Source of the DNA: Cyanophora paradoxa CCMP329
Lineage: Eukaryota > Plantae > Glaucophyta
NCBI GenBank assembly: GCA_004431415.1
Contig: QPMI01000507.1
Span: forward strand, 124,001-188,000
Reading direction: 5' to 3'
Length of the DNA stretch: 64,000 bases
Positions 54,557 to 64,000 of the stretch are shown here, one piece after another; within the stretch, counting starts at the first letter, position 1; every line of letters begins with the position of its first letter. Made by a program: the position numbers and the translations under genes. The notes under the pieces were generated by a model, which was not told the DNA's origin, made no database searches, and saw only the letters and a list, made by a program, of their open reading frames with translations.

Positions 54557-56272
54557 ATGGAGTCGTTGTTCGACTTCTCACAGGCGCCCGCACTCGCCGG
54601 ACGCGTAACCAGCGCCGATTTTGGGGCGGGCAGCCCGGACCCGCGCCACAACTTCTTCAAAGGCGCCAAGTGGTCCCCCGACGGCACCTGCTTGCTCACA
54701 TGCAGCGAGGACACGGTTCTGAGGCTGTTCGAGCTGCCCCAGGCGATCAGCTCGCTCGCCTCGGCGGACAGGAGCGGCGCTAGCCCGCGCGCCCCCAGCC
54801 AGCTGCCGGTCGCGCTGCAGTGCAAGGAGGGCGAATGCGTGTACGACTACGCGTGGTATCCGCTCATGAGGTGCGCCGCGCCGCGCATGCAGCGCTCGAA
54901 GCGCGAACGCGGGGCGCAGCTCGGCGAACCCGGCGACGTGCTGCTTCGTGAGCTCGTGCCGGGACCACCCTGTGCACATGTGGGACGCGTTCACGGGGGC
55001 GCTGCGGGCGACCTACCGCGCGTACGACCAGATGGACGAGATCGCGGCGGCCTTCTCCCTCGCATTCAACCTCGACGGGACCAAGTGCGCTCGCCGCCGG
55101 CACCGGCGCGCCGCGCGCCCGCCGACCCGACGCCGCGCAGGCTCTTTTGCGGCTTCAACAACTGCGTGCGGATCTTCAGCATCGAGCGGGCGGGGCGGGA
55201 CTTCGAGACGGTGCCGACGGTCGCGCGCCGCAAGGACCGCCACGGCCAGCGCGGCATCATCTCCTCCATCGCGTGCGCCCTCCCCCCGCCGGCGCGGGCA
55301 GACGCCGGCGGGCGAGGCGCGGGGCGGGGGCAGGTTCTCGCCGGACCGGTCGGGGCTGTACGCGGCCGGCTCGTACGCGCGGACGGTGGGCTTGTACGAC
55401 GAGCGGCAGCGGCAGCCGCTGCTCGTCCTCGCCGGCCACGCCGGCGGCGTCACCCAGGCGCGCCCCGCCCCGCCCCGCCCCCGCGCGCCGCCGACGGGGC
55501 CGGCAGGTGGCCTTCTCGCCGGACGGGCGGCTGCTCTACACGGGGGCGCGCCGGGACGGGCAGCTGCTCTGCTGGGACGTGCGGGCCACGGGGGCCGTGC
55601 TGGCGCGGCTGGCGCGGCCGTGCGGCAGCAACCAGCGCCTCGCCTTCGACGTCGACGCCGCCGGGCGCTACCTCGTCACGGGCGCGCAGGACGGCCGCGT
55701 GCTCGTCTACCCCGCCTGCCCCGACGCCGAGCAGCCCGAGCCCCTCCTCGCCTTCCCCGCCCACGCCAGTGCGCCCTCCACCGCCGCCCCCGCGGGGCGC
55801 TCCGCGGCGAGCCGGGGGTCGCAGGCTGCACGAACGGGGCGAGCCTGCACCCCTTCCTCCCGCTCCTCGCCACCGCCTCGGGCGAGCGCACCCTCGAGCC
55901 GGCCCCGCGCGACGCCGGCGACGCCCCCGGACCCCCGCAGGCCCGCCCGCCCCCCGCCACGCCTCGGCGCCCTCCTCAAGCGGGGCGACAGAGGGCGGGT
56001 GCGGGGAGAACGCGGTGGGCGTGTGGCTCGTGCGCCGCAACGCCGCCTACGTGGCCCCAGCCCCAGCCCCCGCCGCCCACGAGGTGCCCGCCTCCACCGC
56101 CCCCCGCCCGCCCGCCCGGCTCGAGACCGCCTCAGCGGCGGTGCAGGGCGCGGCGGCCGGCGCGCAGGCGGGGGCGGCGGCGGGGCCGGGCGGGGTGGAG
56201 GAGGGCCCCGCCGACTCCGGCCCCGGCGTGGCGCAAGACCCGCACGCCAAGCGGGCGCGGCCGGACGGGTAG
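54557..56272 (+). CDS. WRAP53: Telomerase Cajal body protein 1 (WD40)
   Basis: NFFKGAKWSPDGTCLLTCSED, EGECVYDYAWYP, SSCRDHPVHMWDAFTGALRATYRAYDQMDEI, GQRGIIS, GHAGGVTQ, LLCWDVR, SNQRLAFD, SLHPFLPLLATASGER. Confidence 0.93.
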   Translation: MESLFDFSQAPALAGRVTSADFGAGSPDPRHNFFKGAKWSPDGTCLLTCSEDTVLRLFELPQAISSLASADRSGASPRAPSQLPVALQCKEGECVYDYAWYPLMRCAAPRMQRSKRERGAQLGEPGDVLLRELVPGPPCAHVGRVHGGAAGDLPRVRPDGRDRGGLLPRIQPRRDQVRSPPAPARRAPADPTPRRLFCGFNNCVRIFSIERAGRDFETVPTVARRKDRHGQRGIISSIACALPPPARADAGGRGAGRGQVLAGPVGAVRGRLVRADGGLVRRAAAAAAARPRRPRRRRHPGAPRPAPPPRAADGAGRWPSRRTGGCSTRGRAGTGSCSAGTCGPRGPCWRGWRGRAAATSASPSTSTPPGATSSRARRTAACSSTPPAPTPSSPSPSSPSPPTPVRPPPPPPRGAPRRAGGRRLHERGEPAPLPPAPRHRLGRAHPRAGPARRRRRPRTPAGPPAPRHASAPSSSGATEGGCGENAVGVWLVRRNAAYVAPAPAPAAHEVPASTAPRPPARLETASAAVQGAAAGAQAGAAAGPGGVEEGPADSGPGVAQDPHAKRARPDG

Positions 56273-56528
56273 CCCCTGCATGTAGCCTCCTCCCGCATGC
56301 TCCCGCCGGCGCCATGAGGCGGTTCGCTAGGACCAGGACTAGACAAGGTAGTCTCGCAGCTTGAGCGCTTCAAGGCTTAGCATAAAAGATCCAATGATCA
56401 TAGTCTACAAAAACAAAACCCTTGCTCGGCCGGACCGGCTGCATGGGGCGGCCCCTAATCTCTACGAAGGATTGGACCGGAGGTTCTACTCGGGTCATCC
56501 GATCCGGCAGGAGCGGGGCGGGGGGTCC

Positions 56529-58233
56529 CTAGAAGTCGTCGGCCTCGAGGAACTGCGCCAGCTGCAGCACCCCCGCCCCCGCCCCGCGGGCCCCGCCCCC
56601 GCCCCGCCCCGCCCGCCCCGCGGCCCTCCCGCCCCCGGCCCTGCCCGCCCCGCGCCCGGGGGCCCCCGCCGGTCGCTTCGCCGGCGCCGGCTCCTCCCCG
56701 CGGGGCCGCTTTGCGGGTGCCTCCGTCGGGGCGCTGCGGGGCGCTCAGCGGGGCGGCGCGCGGCGGGGCTGCGGGTGCACCTGAGCGGGCGCTTCTCTGC
56801 CCCGGCGGGGGCGGCGGCGCGGGGCTTCGCCGCGGGCGCCGGCGCGCCGGCGGCGCGCTGCCCGGGGGCCGCTCCTTGGCGCCGGCCGGCGGGGACGGGG
56901 AGGTGGAGGGGGCGGGGCGGGGCGGGGCGGGGGGGGCGGGGGCGCCTGGCGGGCCCGCCCAGCTCGCTCCAGTCGCTGATGTCCACCGCCTCCAGCGGCG
57001 CCGGCGGCGGCCCCCGCGGCGGGCTCGGCGGCTGCCGCCCGCGCGCCCCGGCGCCGCGTGCGCCGGCCGCTTGTCCGGCGCGGGGGCCGAGGAGGCCTGC
57101 CTGGGGGTGGGGGCGAGGAGGAGGCGGCGGCGGAGAGGCGGGCGAGGCTGCCCTTCGCCCCCGGCGCGGGGCCCGCGGGCTTGGGGGGGAGCTCGAGGCG
57201 CCGCCCGCCGCCCCGCTGCCCCCGGCCTCGGCGGGGCGCCGGCTTCGCCGGGGGCACCGGCCTGATCTTCTGCGAGGGGTCGACGTGCTGCCGGCGCATG
57301 CTCCTGCGGGCGGGGCGGTGGGTGGAGGCGGGCGGGGCGGGGCGGCGGGGCGGGGGCGCGCACTGGGCCTCCTTCGTCTTCTTCAGCGCCTTCTGCATGA
57401 TCGCGCTCCTCGCCCCTGGCCCCGCCCCGCCCCGTCGGCCACCGGTACCGCACGCCGGGGCCCGGCGGCAGCGCGCACCCGCGGGGGCGCCGCCGCGGCG
57501 GCCGTGCGCGGCGGCCGGCGCCTTGTCGAGCTTGACGAGGGTGCGCGATTCGCGGGCCGCCCCCAGCTCCTTGTACCGCTCCTTCAGTCGCGCCCCGACC
57601 GCCTGCGCCGCCCCGCTCGCTCGCCGCCCCGCGGCGCGCGGCCGCACAGCGCACCGCGCGCTTGTCCGACCGCTCCTTCTGGACCGCTTCCCACACGCCC
57701 CGCCAGTCCCGCGCGCCGTACTTCGAGAAGGCTGTCGCCTCGTCGTCCGTGTCGATGTGCAGCTTCGCGTGGCACAGGCCCCGCCACTTCGCGCTCAGGG
57801 CGGCTTGGGCGGCCTTGGACGAGCACAAGTCCTGAAAGGGCGCGCGTACGCGTCAGGCAAACGAAGGGGGCCGAGCGAAGGAGCGCGCCGCGGCGAGCGG
57901 CTCACTGGATTGAGCGTCTCGATCTCGGCGAGCTTGTGATCATCTTGCACCGCCTCCAGGATCCGAAGGAACAGGTCCTCGGCGCTGCGACACAAAGGGC
58001 GCTGGCTTAGCAGACGCTGCAGATACAAGAATGGAAGCTTGCGGATGAACACACAGAGCCCCGAGGTGGCCGAGCTCTGCGTGCGCGGGGGTGGTCAGGG
58101 TCGGGTGAAGTTCTCAGCTGCAGCGGGGCGGACCGTGTACGTGCGCGATCGCTACGCGCAAGCACAGCTCGACGAGGGACGGTGGCGACGATTTCCCGGG
58201 CGGCGCGTGGCTTGCCCCGTAGATCGGCCGCAT
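56529..58233 (-). CDS. Elongin A-like protein
   Basis: BC-box-like PPSLVELCLRVAIAH, KLAEIETLNP, KWRGLC, DWRGVWE..KER, GARLKERYKE, SAIMQKALKK; ends LAQFLEADDF*. Confidence 0.7.
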
Positions 58234-58522
58234 CGAGCGGCAGCTGCCGCGCTCCGCCCCTATCGAACCCGAAAAGCGACGCTAGTTTGAGCGCACAGCG
58301 CAGAGAACCTGGCAGTATGCGCCGGTTAGCAGGTCGTCGAGTTACCTTGTCAATTGACGTACGCCGGCAACCGGCGAGCGGCGAGCCTCCGAGGTGAGGC
58401 AACCGACCAAGCGATTCAGCGTGCGGCGACGTGGTACCTTCTAGCGCGTGGGCGGCATGTAAGGGAAGCGAGCAGCGAGCGCTCCTGGGAACGAAGCGAA
58501 CGCGCCAACCTGGTCAAGTCCG

Positions 58523-59477
58523 ATGGCCCCCGGCCGCGGTCTGTTCGAACCTGCGGATGGACGGCCCACGCGCGTGCTGCTGGTCGTGGCGCATCCGGAC
58601 GACGAGTGCATGTTCTTCACGCCGACGCTCCTCGCGCTGCGCGAGAGCGGCGCCGACGTGCACGCACTCTGTCTCTCTACAGGCACCTTCTTGTGTCGCC
58701 AGCGCGCCGCGCGCCGCTAACGGCTTACGGGCTGCCGCAGGAAACGCGGCAGGCCTCGGGCGAACGCGCGCGGAGGAAATGGCGAAGAGCTGCGCGTCTT
58801 TCGGAATCTGCGAGGATCGCGCCTCTGTCGTCGACGACCCTTGCTTGCAGGACGGACCCCGAGAGGCGCGCTGGCGCCGCGCTGCCCGCACGTGCCCCCC
58901 CAGCCCATCCTCCCTTGGACGACGCTCCGCCCGCAGAACTGGGACCACGACCACATCGCGGACGTTGTTGCTGAGCACGTGCGACGCTGGGGCATCAACA
59001 AGGTCCGCGCCCCTCTGCCGGAGCAGCTCCCTTGGCGCAACGAACGCTGCCCCACGCGCCGCAGCTCGTCACGTTCGACCCGTACGGCGTCTCCGGGCAC
59101 CCGAATCACGGGGCTGCCTGCCGCGGCGTCCGGTGAGATTGCTGCGGCTGGCGCTCGCAGCGGCCGGGGCGCCGACGGGGGGCAGGCGGTTCGCGGCGCG
59201 GGAGCGGTCGTCGGGGCGGGCGGTGCAGGCGTACGAGCTCGAGAGCGTCGGCCTGCTGCGGAAGTACATCGGGCCCCTCGACGTGCCCCTGCACGCCGCG
59301 CTCGCCGCGCTGGGAGTGCGGCGCGCGGCCGGGGAGGAGATGGCGGTGGCGCTGCGGGCGGGCCCCGCGGCGGCGCTGCGGGCGATGCGCTGCCACGCGT
59401 CGCAGCTCGTCTGGTTCCGCCGCCTCTTCGTCGTCTTCTCCCGCTTCGTCTATCTCAACGTACTCCGCCCCGCCTAG
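58523..59477 (+). CDS. PIGL: GlcNAc-PI de-N-acetylase (GPI biosynthesis)
   Basis: VVAHPDDECMFFTPT, LCLSTG|NAAGLGRTRAEE, LQDG, TFDPYGVSGHPNH, HASQLVWFRRLFVVFSRFVYLN. Confidence 0.93.
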
Positions 59478-59782
59478 GCCATGCCCTGGCCCGGGGCGCG
59501 CGCCCGGCCCAGCTGCAGCACCAGGCGCCTGCATCATGGCATGGCACTGCCAGGCTGGGGCCCCCCCGGAGCCCGGCCACCTTCCTTCGTCTCATGCCAC
59601 CCCGCGGCCGTCTCCCGAAGTTCGTCTCGTTTTCTCCCCCAGTGTCGACGTCCGCACATGTACACGCAGCTCCGCAATTGAGATTTAACTGGTGGAGGCT
59701 GTATAGCTACGCCCGGCCGGGCACGCCGCGAATTTAAATTTGCAATTGCAAGTTTTCGCGAGCTAAAATTTGATCGATATCG

Positions 59783-61969
59783 ATGGCAAGTTCCGCGCAT
59801 GCGCACGAAGCCTCCCCGGGGGATACCAAGCTTCGCTTCGTTCAAGTCCAAATGTCGGCGCCCGAGCTCTGCGACGGCGTCCTTCACGCTGTCTTCGAGC
59901 ATCTCGAGCAGCCGGAGCTCCTTCGCGCAGCCGCGCGCGTCTGCAGGGCCTGGTGCGCCTCTCTCCCCCTCGACCTGTTTCCGCGCGTCACGCGCTGGGT
60001 CTGCAGGCGCCGCGTGGCGCTCCACGCGTCGCTTTGGGCACACATTGTTGCCAGTGAGTTGCCGACGACAACGCGCTGCGTCTCGTTTCGTGAAGCGCGG
60101 GCCGTTTGCGCTTCGCTCGGTGCTAGCGGATGTGCCCGCGTCGAGAGCCTGTCCCTGCACGCGGCCCGGCCTTTGCACGTAGCCCCAGAGACGGCTTCAT
60201 TCGTCGTGGAGTACGTTGCGTCGTTTGTCGGGCTCCGGCAAATCAACTTCTTTCTGGTTCGACTCTTTAAACTTTTCCTGCGCCATTATCGCAACCGTTT
60301 GACAAGCTTATCGCTTCGCAGAAAGAGGGCCCATGGCTTGTAGAGGGCGCGCTGGTGCGTCGCCGCGCTTTGAGCTGTGTGTGTCGGAGCCAGGCCGGCC
60401 AACGACGGGGCGCGCTCTACGGTCGCAGGGTGCCAGCGCCAGCGGAGGGCTCGCTGGAGCGCAGAGTGGCCAATGCATCGAGCTGGTTGATTTCCATTGG
60501 ATGGTGGAGACCGGTACGGGGCGCTCGGGCCGCGCCGCCAAGCACGCCTGACAAGCGCGACCCGCCCGCAGTGAGGCGCGGGCCGACCTCCGTCGCCTCC
60601 GTGTCGTTCGATCTCGAGCCTTTCAGGTGCGCGCCCGCGTGCGGCAGCCGCCGAGGCACCCGTCGCCCTAGTGCCTCAGCGGCGGCAGGGTGCACTACGC
60701 GTCGACGTCGCGCTGCCCGCCGGCGGTCCTTGAGGTGCGCCGCGGCCGCGGGCGGCGCCGCTCGTGGGCTGACGGTGCGCGCGGCAGGCGGTGGAGGAGT
60801 GCGTGGGGCGCCTCGGGGCGGGGCTGGAGCGGCTGCACGCGCCGCGCTTCTCACTGCTCGACGCGACGGCCGCGCGCCTCCTCCGCGGCGCCCCGCTCCT
60901 CCGCGCCCTCGACCTCGCCCTCCACTCCCCGCTCCGCAACCTCATCGGCGCCCCGCCTTCGCCGCCGGGCGGCCCGGCGGAGGGGGCCCTCGCGCGCGTG
61001 CTGGCGGCCTGCGGGGCGGCGGAGCGGCTCTCGCTGCGGCTGGCGCCGGGGGTGCTGGTGGGAGCGTGCGCGGCAGGGGGCGGGGCGGGGCCGGGACGGC
61101 TGGCGGCGCTGGCGGTGAGCGGCGGGCGGGGCGTGGGGGCCCTGCTTGGGGCCCCCTCCCGGCCGCCACCCTCCGCTCCCTCGAGATCTCCTCCTGCGAC
61201 CTCCCGCCCGAGGCCCGCCCCCGCCCCGCCCCCGCCGCGGCGCCGCGAAGGTGCGGGCGGCAGGTGGCGCTGCCGCAGATGCCGGAGCTGCGGGTGCTGG
61301 CGCTGGGGGCCCCCTGCACGAGCGGCGCCACGCACCTCCTCCGCCTCCACCTCCCCGCCTGCCCCGCCCTCCGCGTCCGCCCCGCCCCGCCCCCGCCCGC
61401 CCGCCTCACCGGCGCCGCGCCCCGCGCAGTCGCTCAGCTTCGAGAACGGCCCCGTGCCGGAGCTGCGGGGGCCCCGCTGCCGGCGTGCACCTCGCTGGCG
61501 GCGGGGTGGCCGCCGCAGGACCCGCGGGGCCTCGCGGCCGCCCTCCCCGCCCTCGCCTCCGCCTCCTTCTTCTGCGTCGACGAGGTGCGCCGCGGGCAGC
61601 GCAGCCCCGCCCGCGCCGTTTGCGGGGGCCTCAGGGGCGGGGCAGGCGATGGCGGGGCCGCTGGGGGCGCTGCTGGAGGCGCTGCCGGGGCTGCGGGCTC
61701 TGGCGGTGGAGGTGTGGCGGGCGGCGGGGGCGAGCCCCGCCCTCGCTCACCCGCGCCTCGAGTCCCTCGACCTCGCCCTCGTCGAGTGGAGCCCGCACGC
61801 CGGCCCCGCCCCCGCCCGCCTCCGCCTCGCCCTCCGCCTCCCGCGCCTGCGCTCCGCCCGCGCCGCCCTCGCCCTCCCCTTCCTCCTCGACCCCGCCGCC
61901 GCCCCGCCGGCCGCCCGCCTCAGCATCCGCCCCCTCCCCTCCTACGGCGGCGGCCTCCGCTTCGAGTGA
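59783..61969 (+). CDS. F-box protein with LRR-like C-terminal region
   Basis: PELCDGVLHAVFEHLEQPELLRAAARVCRAW...SLW, followed by LRR-like LRSLEISSCDL, LPQMPELRVLAL and LPGLRALAV. Confidence 0.7.
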
Positions 61970-62028
61970 GCCGAATCGGGTGTCGATGAAGCACGATAGA
62001 AATATATTATGGCTCGAAGAACACTGGC

Positions 62029-62250
62029 CTACGCGGCCGAGGAGCAAGGGAAGGTGTACATCTGCACGAATCCGTTGGATCCATCGGCATTGGAGTATCG
62101 AAAAATCGGCCCCTCGAGCTCCCCCTCAGCTAGCGCTTCCTGCAAGAGCTCTGCAAGCCTGTTGAAAGTTTCGAAATCAAAGAAAAGTTCGTCCTGGCCA
62201 GCGCCCTCCTCTTGGTCATAATTATAATCTGGCCAGCGTCCCTGCGACAT
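62029..62250 (-). CDS. Small acidic hypothetical ORF
   Basis: A 73-aa ATG-started ORF with protein-like composition in a lower-GC segment; no family recognised. Confidence 0.25.
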   Translation of the reverse strand: MSQGRWPDYNYDQEEGAGQDELFFDFETFNRLAELLQEALAEGELEGPIFRYSNADGSNGFVQMYTFPCSSAA

Positions 62251-63312
62251 GGGTCGACGTCAAGGGAGAAGAAGCGCGCGCGACGCTAGCGCTTGCTTTC
62301 GGCTGCAGGGGTCGGAAACGGACCGTACCTGCCACAAGAGGGCGGCCGCAGCGAGGCCAGGAGGCGGGATTCGAAGGGCGTGCACGGGCGTCAGAATGGA
62401 GCGCGCGGGTGCCTGCGCATGCACACGCAGAAAACAAAACCATTCGGACGCGTACGTGGTGGGGCAGACTGTAAAAATGTAGATAAATTAAATGAAGCCA
62501 TTTAAATCAAATGCGCACCCCGAGAAGCTTCGGCAGGCGTGAAAGCGCCATGGCCAGCGCTGTCGCCGCGGGACGCCGCGGTTCCTTGCAATTGCCCTCA
62601 TGCATATGATCAGTCTCGCTCCCGATCGCTCGCTGCGGCGCCGGCGCCCTGGCCATGGCAATATTAATTAGGCATGTGCGCAGCAGACGCATGCATGCGC
62701 ACATGTACTCCTGGGCATAGAAAATGGCGCCGGCACATGTACAAGAGACCGTCGCCACCGCGAGAACGCGGACGGCCGCCCTTGCCGCGGACGCGGGAGC
62801 TTGGTGCACATCGATATTTGGGAAAATCTTGCGCAAGGCTCGATGTAGACGCTCAAACATCGCGGCTGACGTCGACGTCGACGCTGAGTTGCGGCTGAGC
62901 TGCTGTGACAGGTCACGCTCGAAGCTGCTGTGACAGGTCACGGAGACGATACCGACGTTTCCAACGCTCTGGCGCTCGCGCTCGCAGCGAACGACGGCGC
63001 GCGGCAGATATCGATGTAGAAATTAAACTCGATATCGATGCCAACCGCCACAGGGTACGAGGTCCGATGGCTTCGTCCCCCCTCACAAAAAAAAACGCTT
63101 CGCGGCGGGCCAGAGCAGCGGCTGCGCCCCTCCCGCTCCCGCTCCAGCGCCGCTACGATGTCAGACGCTCTTGCACCGCCCGGAGCATTCCCCAGCGCTC
63201 CGCGAGTCCGCGACCGCTGCAGAAGACACCGCCGATCCTCGAGCTCAGACAGGCCGCCCGCGACAGCCTTTTACGCGACCGGGATCAGAGATAAAGTAGC
63301 GGCGCGGCCAGC

Positions 63313-64000
63313 ATGACGGGGAAGCGCGAGCCGCTCTCGCGCAAGGCCTACTTGATCCGCCTCGCGGGCGGCGTCTCGGCGCTCGTCGTCGGTGCGCCGT
63401 GCCCCGCGCCCTCCGTCTGCAGCTGCTCGCCTCACGCATACGACGGGTCGCAGGGGCGGCGCTGGCGGTGGTGCTGGCGGTCGTCGCGGGCGTCGGGGTG
63501 CCGGCGGCGGTGCGCGAGGCGATGCTGCGCGAGATCCGCTTCACGGAGAAGGCCGGGAGCGCCTACGAAAGGTACCGCGCGCTCTTCCACCCCTCTGGCG
63601 CGCCTGACGGGGCGGCAGCTGGGCGGAGACGAAGGCAGGGGACGCGCCGGTGTACTTGAAGGTCCGCGCCGGCGCCGCGGGGCCGGGGTGGCGGGGGCGG
63701 ACACGGGGGGCGGCAGGTGTACGGTTTCAACGTGACGAACGCGGGGGAGGTGCTGGGGGCCGGGGCGCGGCCGGCGCTGCGGGAGGTGGGCCCCTACGTG
63801 TACCGCATGTGGAGCCGCAAGCTCGACGTCCGCTTCGAGGGCGACGCCGTCGCCTACAAGGACTGGACCCGCTTCGTCTTCGAGCCGTCCCTCTCCGCCG
63901 GGCCCGACTCCGACACCGTCACCGGTGCGCGCCCCGCGCCCCGCCCTCGCCCCGGGCCGGCGGCGAGGCCGGGGGCGGGCAGGGCCGAACATCGCGTACG
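63313..64000 (+). CDS. CD36/scavenger receptor class B family protein (runs off window)
   Basis: N-terminal TM, then VYGFNVTNAGEVLGAGARPALREVGPYVYR...FVFEPSLSAGPDSDTVT|GPNI, the characteristic FNVTN...EVGPYVY...F.P.LS.G...D...PN motif. Confidence 0.85.

Noticed and set aside
62507-62941. Minus-strand ORF MFERLHRALRKIFPNIDV...
   Set aside because: No family motif or supportable exon structure; left uncalled.

Overview
This is eukaryotic nuclear DNA, very GC-rich and gene-dense, with many short (~50-80 nt) spliceosomal introns. Most long ORFs in the supplied track are therefore artefacts, and I assembled genes by eye across introns. The source is most likely a glaucophyte alga (Cyanophora-like; inference). 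Support: a cyanobacterial-type class II FBA with an 'MAF...' transit peptide, other Phe-motif transit peptides with Tat lumen signals, and a flagellar SHIPPO-repeat protein. About 25 genes are recognisable, including ABC_ATPase/MRB1590-like, RsmG, mL41, an SLC25 carrier, lumenal FKBP, LSM3, a CYP, an XEG113-like GT77, an FkbM methyltransferase, a giant Ser-Pro-stalk surface glycoprotein, FBA, ODF3-like, purple acid phosphatase, acyl-CoA oxidase, PSA2-like, PA28gamma, a BELL-like TALE homeobox, WRAP53/TCAB1, Elongin A, PIG-L, an F-box protein and a CD36-like protein. Genes are mostly in tight divergent pairs. Four features stand out. (1) A CYP-GT77-FkbM-HRGP block looks like a surface glycoprotein clustered with its own glycan-tailoring enzymes. 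(2) GC-AG introns are very frequent and follow a G|GC(A/C/G)C(G/C)C donor consensus. (3) The TALE-homeobox region is rearranged: a second intact homeodomain copy, a 772-bp tandem duplication, a 37-bp-arm hairpin and a 46-bp TG...CA insertion with a 5-bp target duplication. (4) Palindrome-mosaic filler DNA sits at rearrangement junctions. No databases were searched, and exon boundaries and family calls are by motif recognition.
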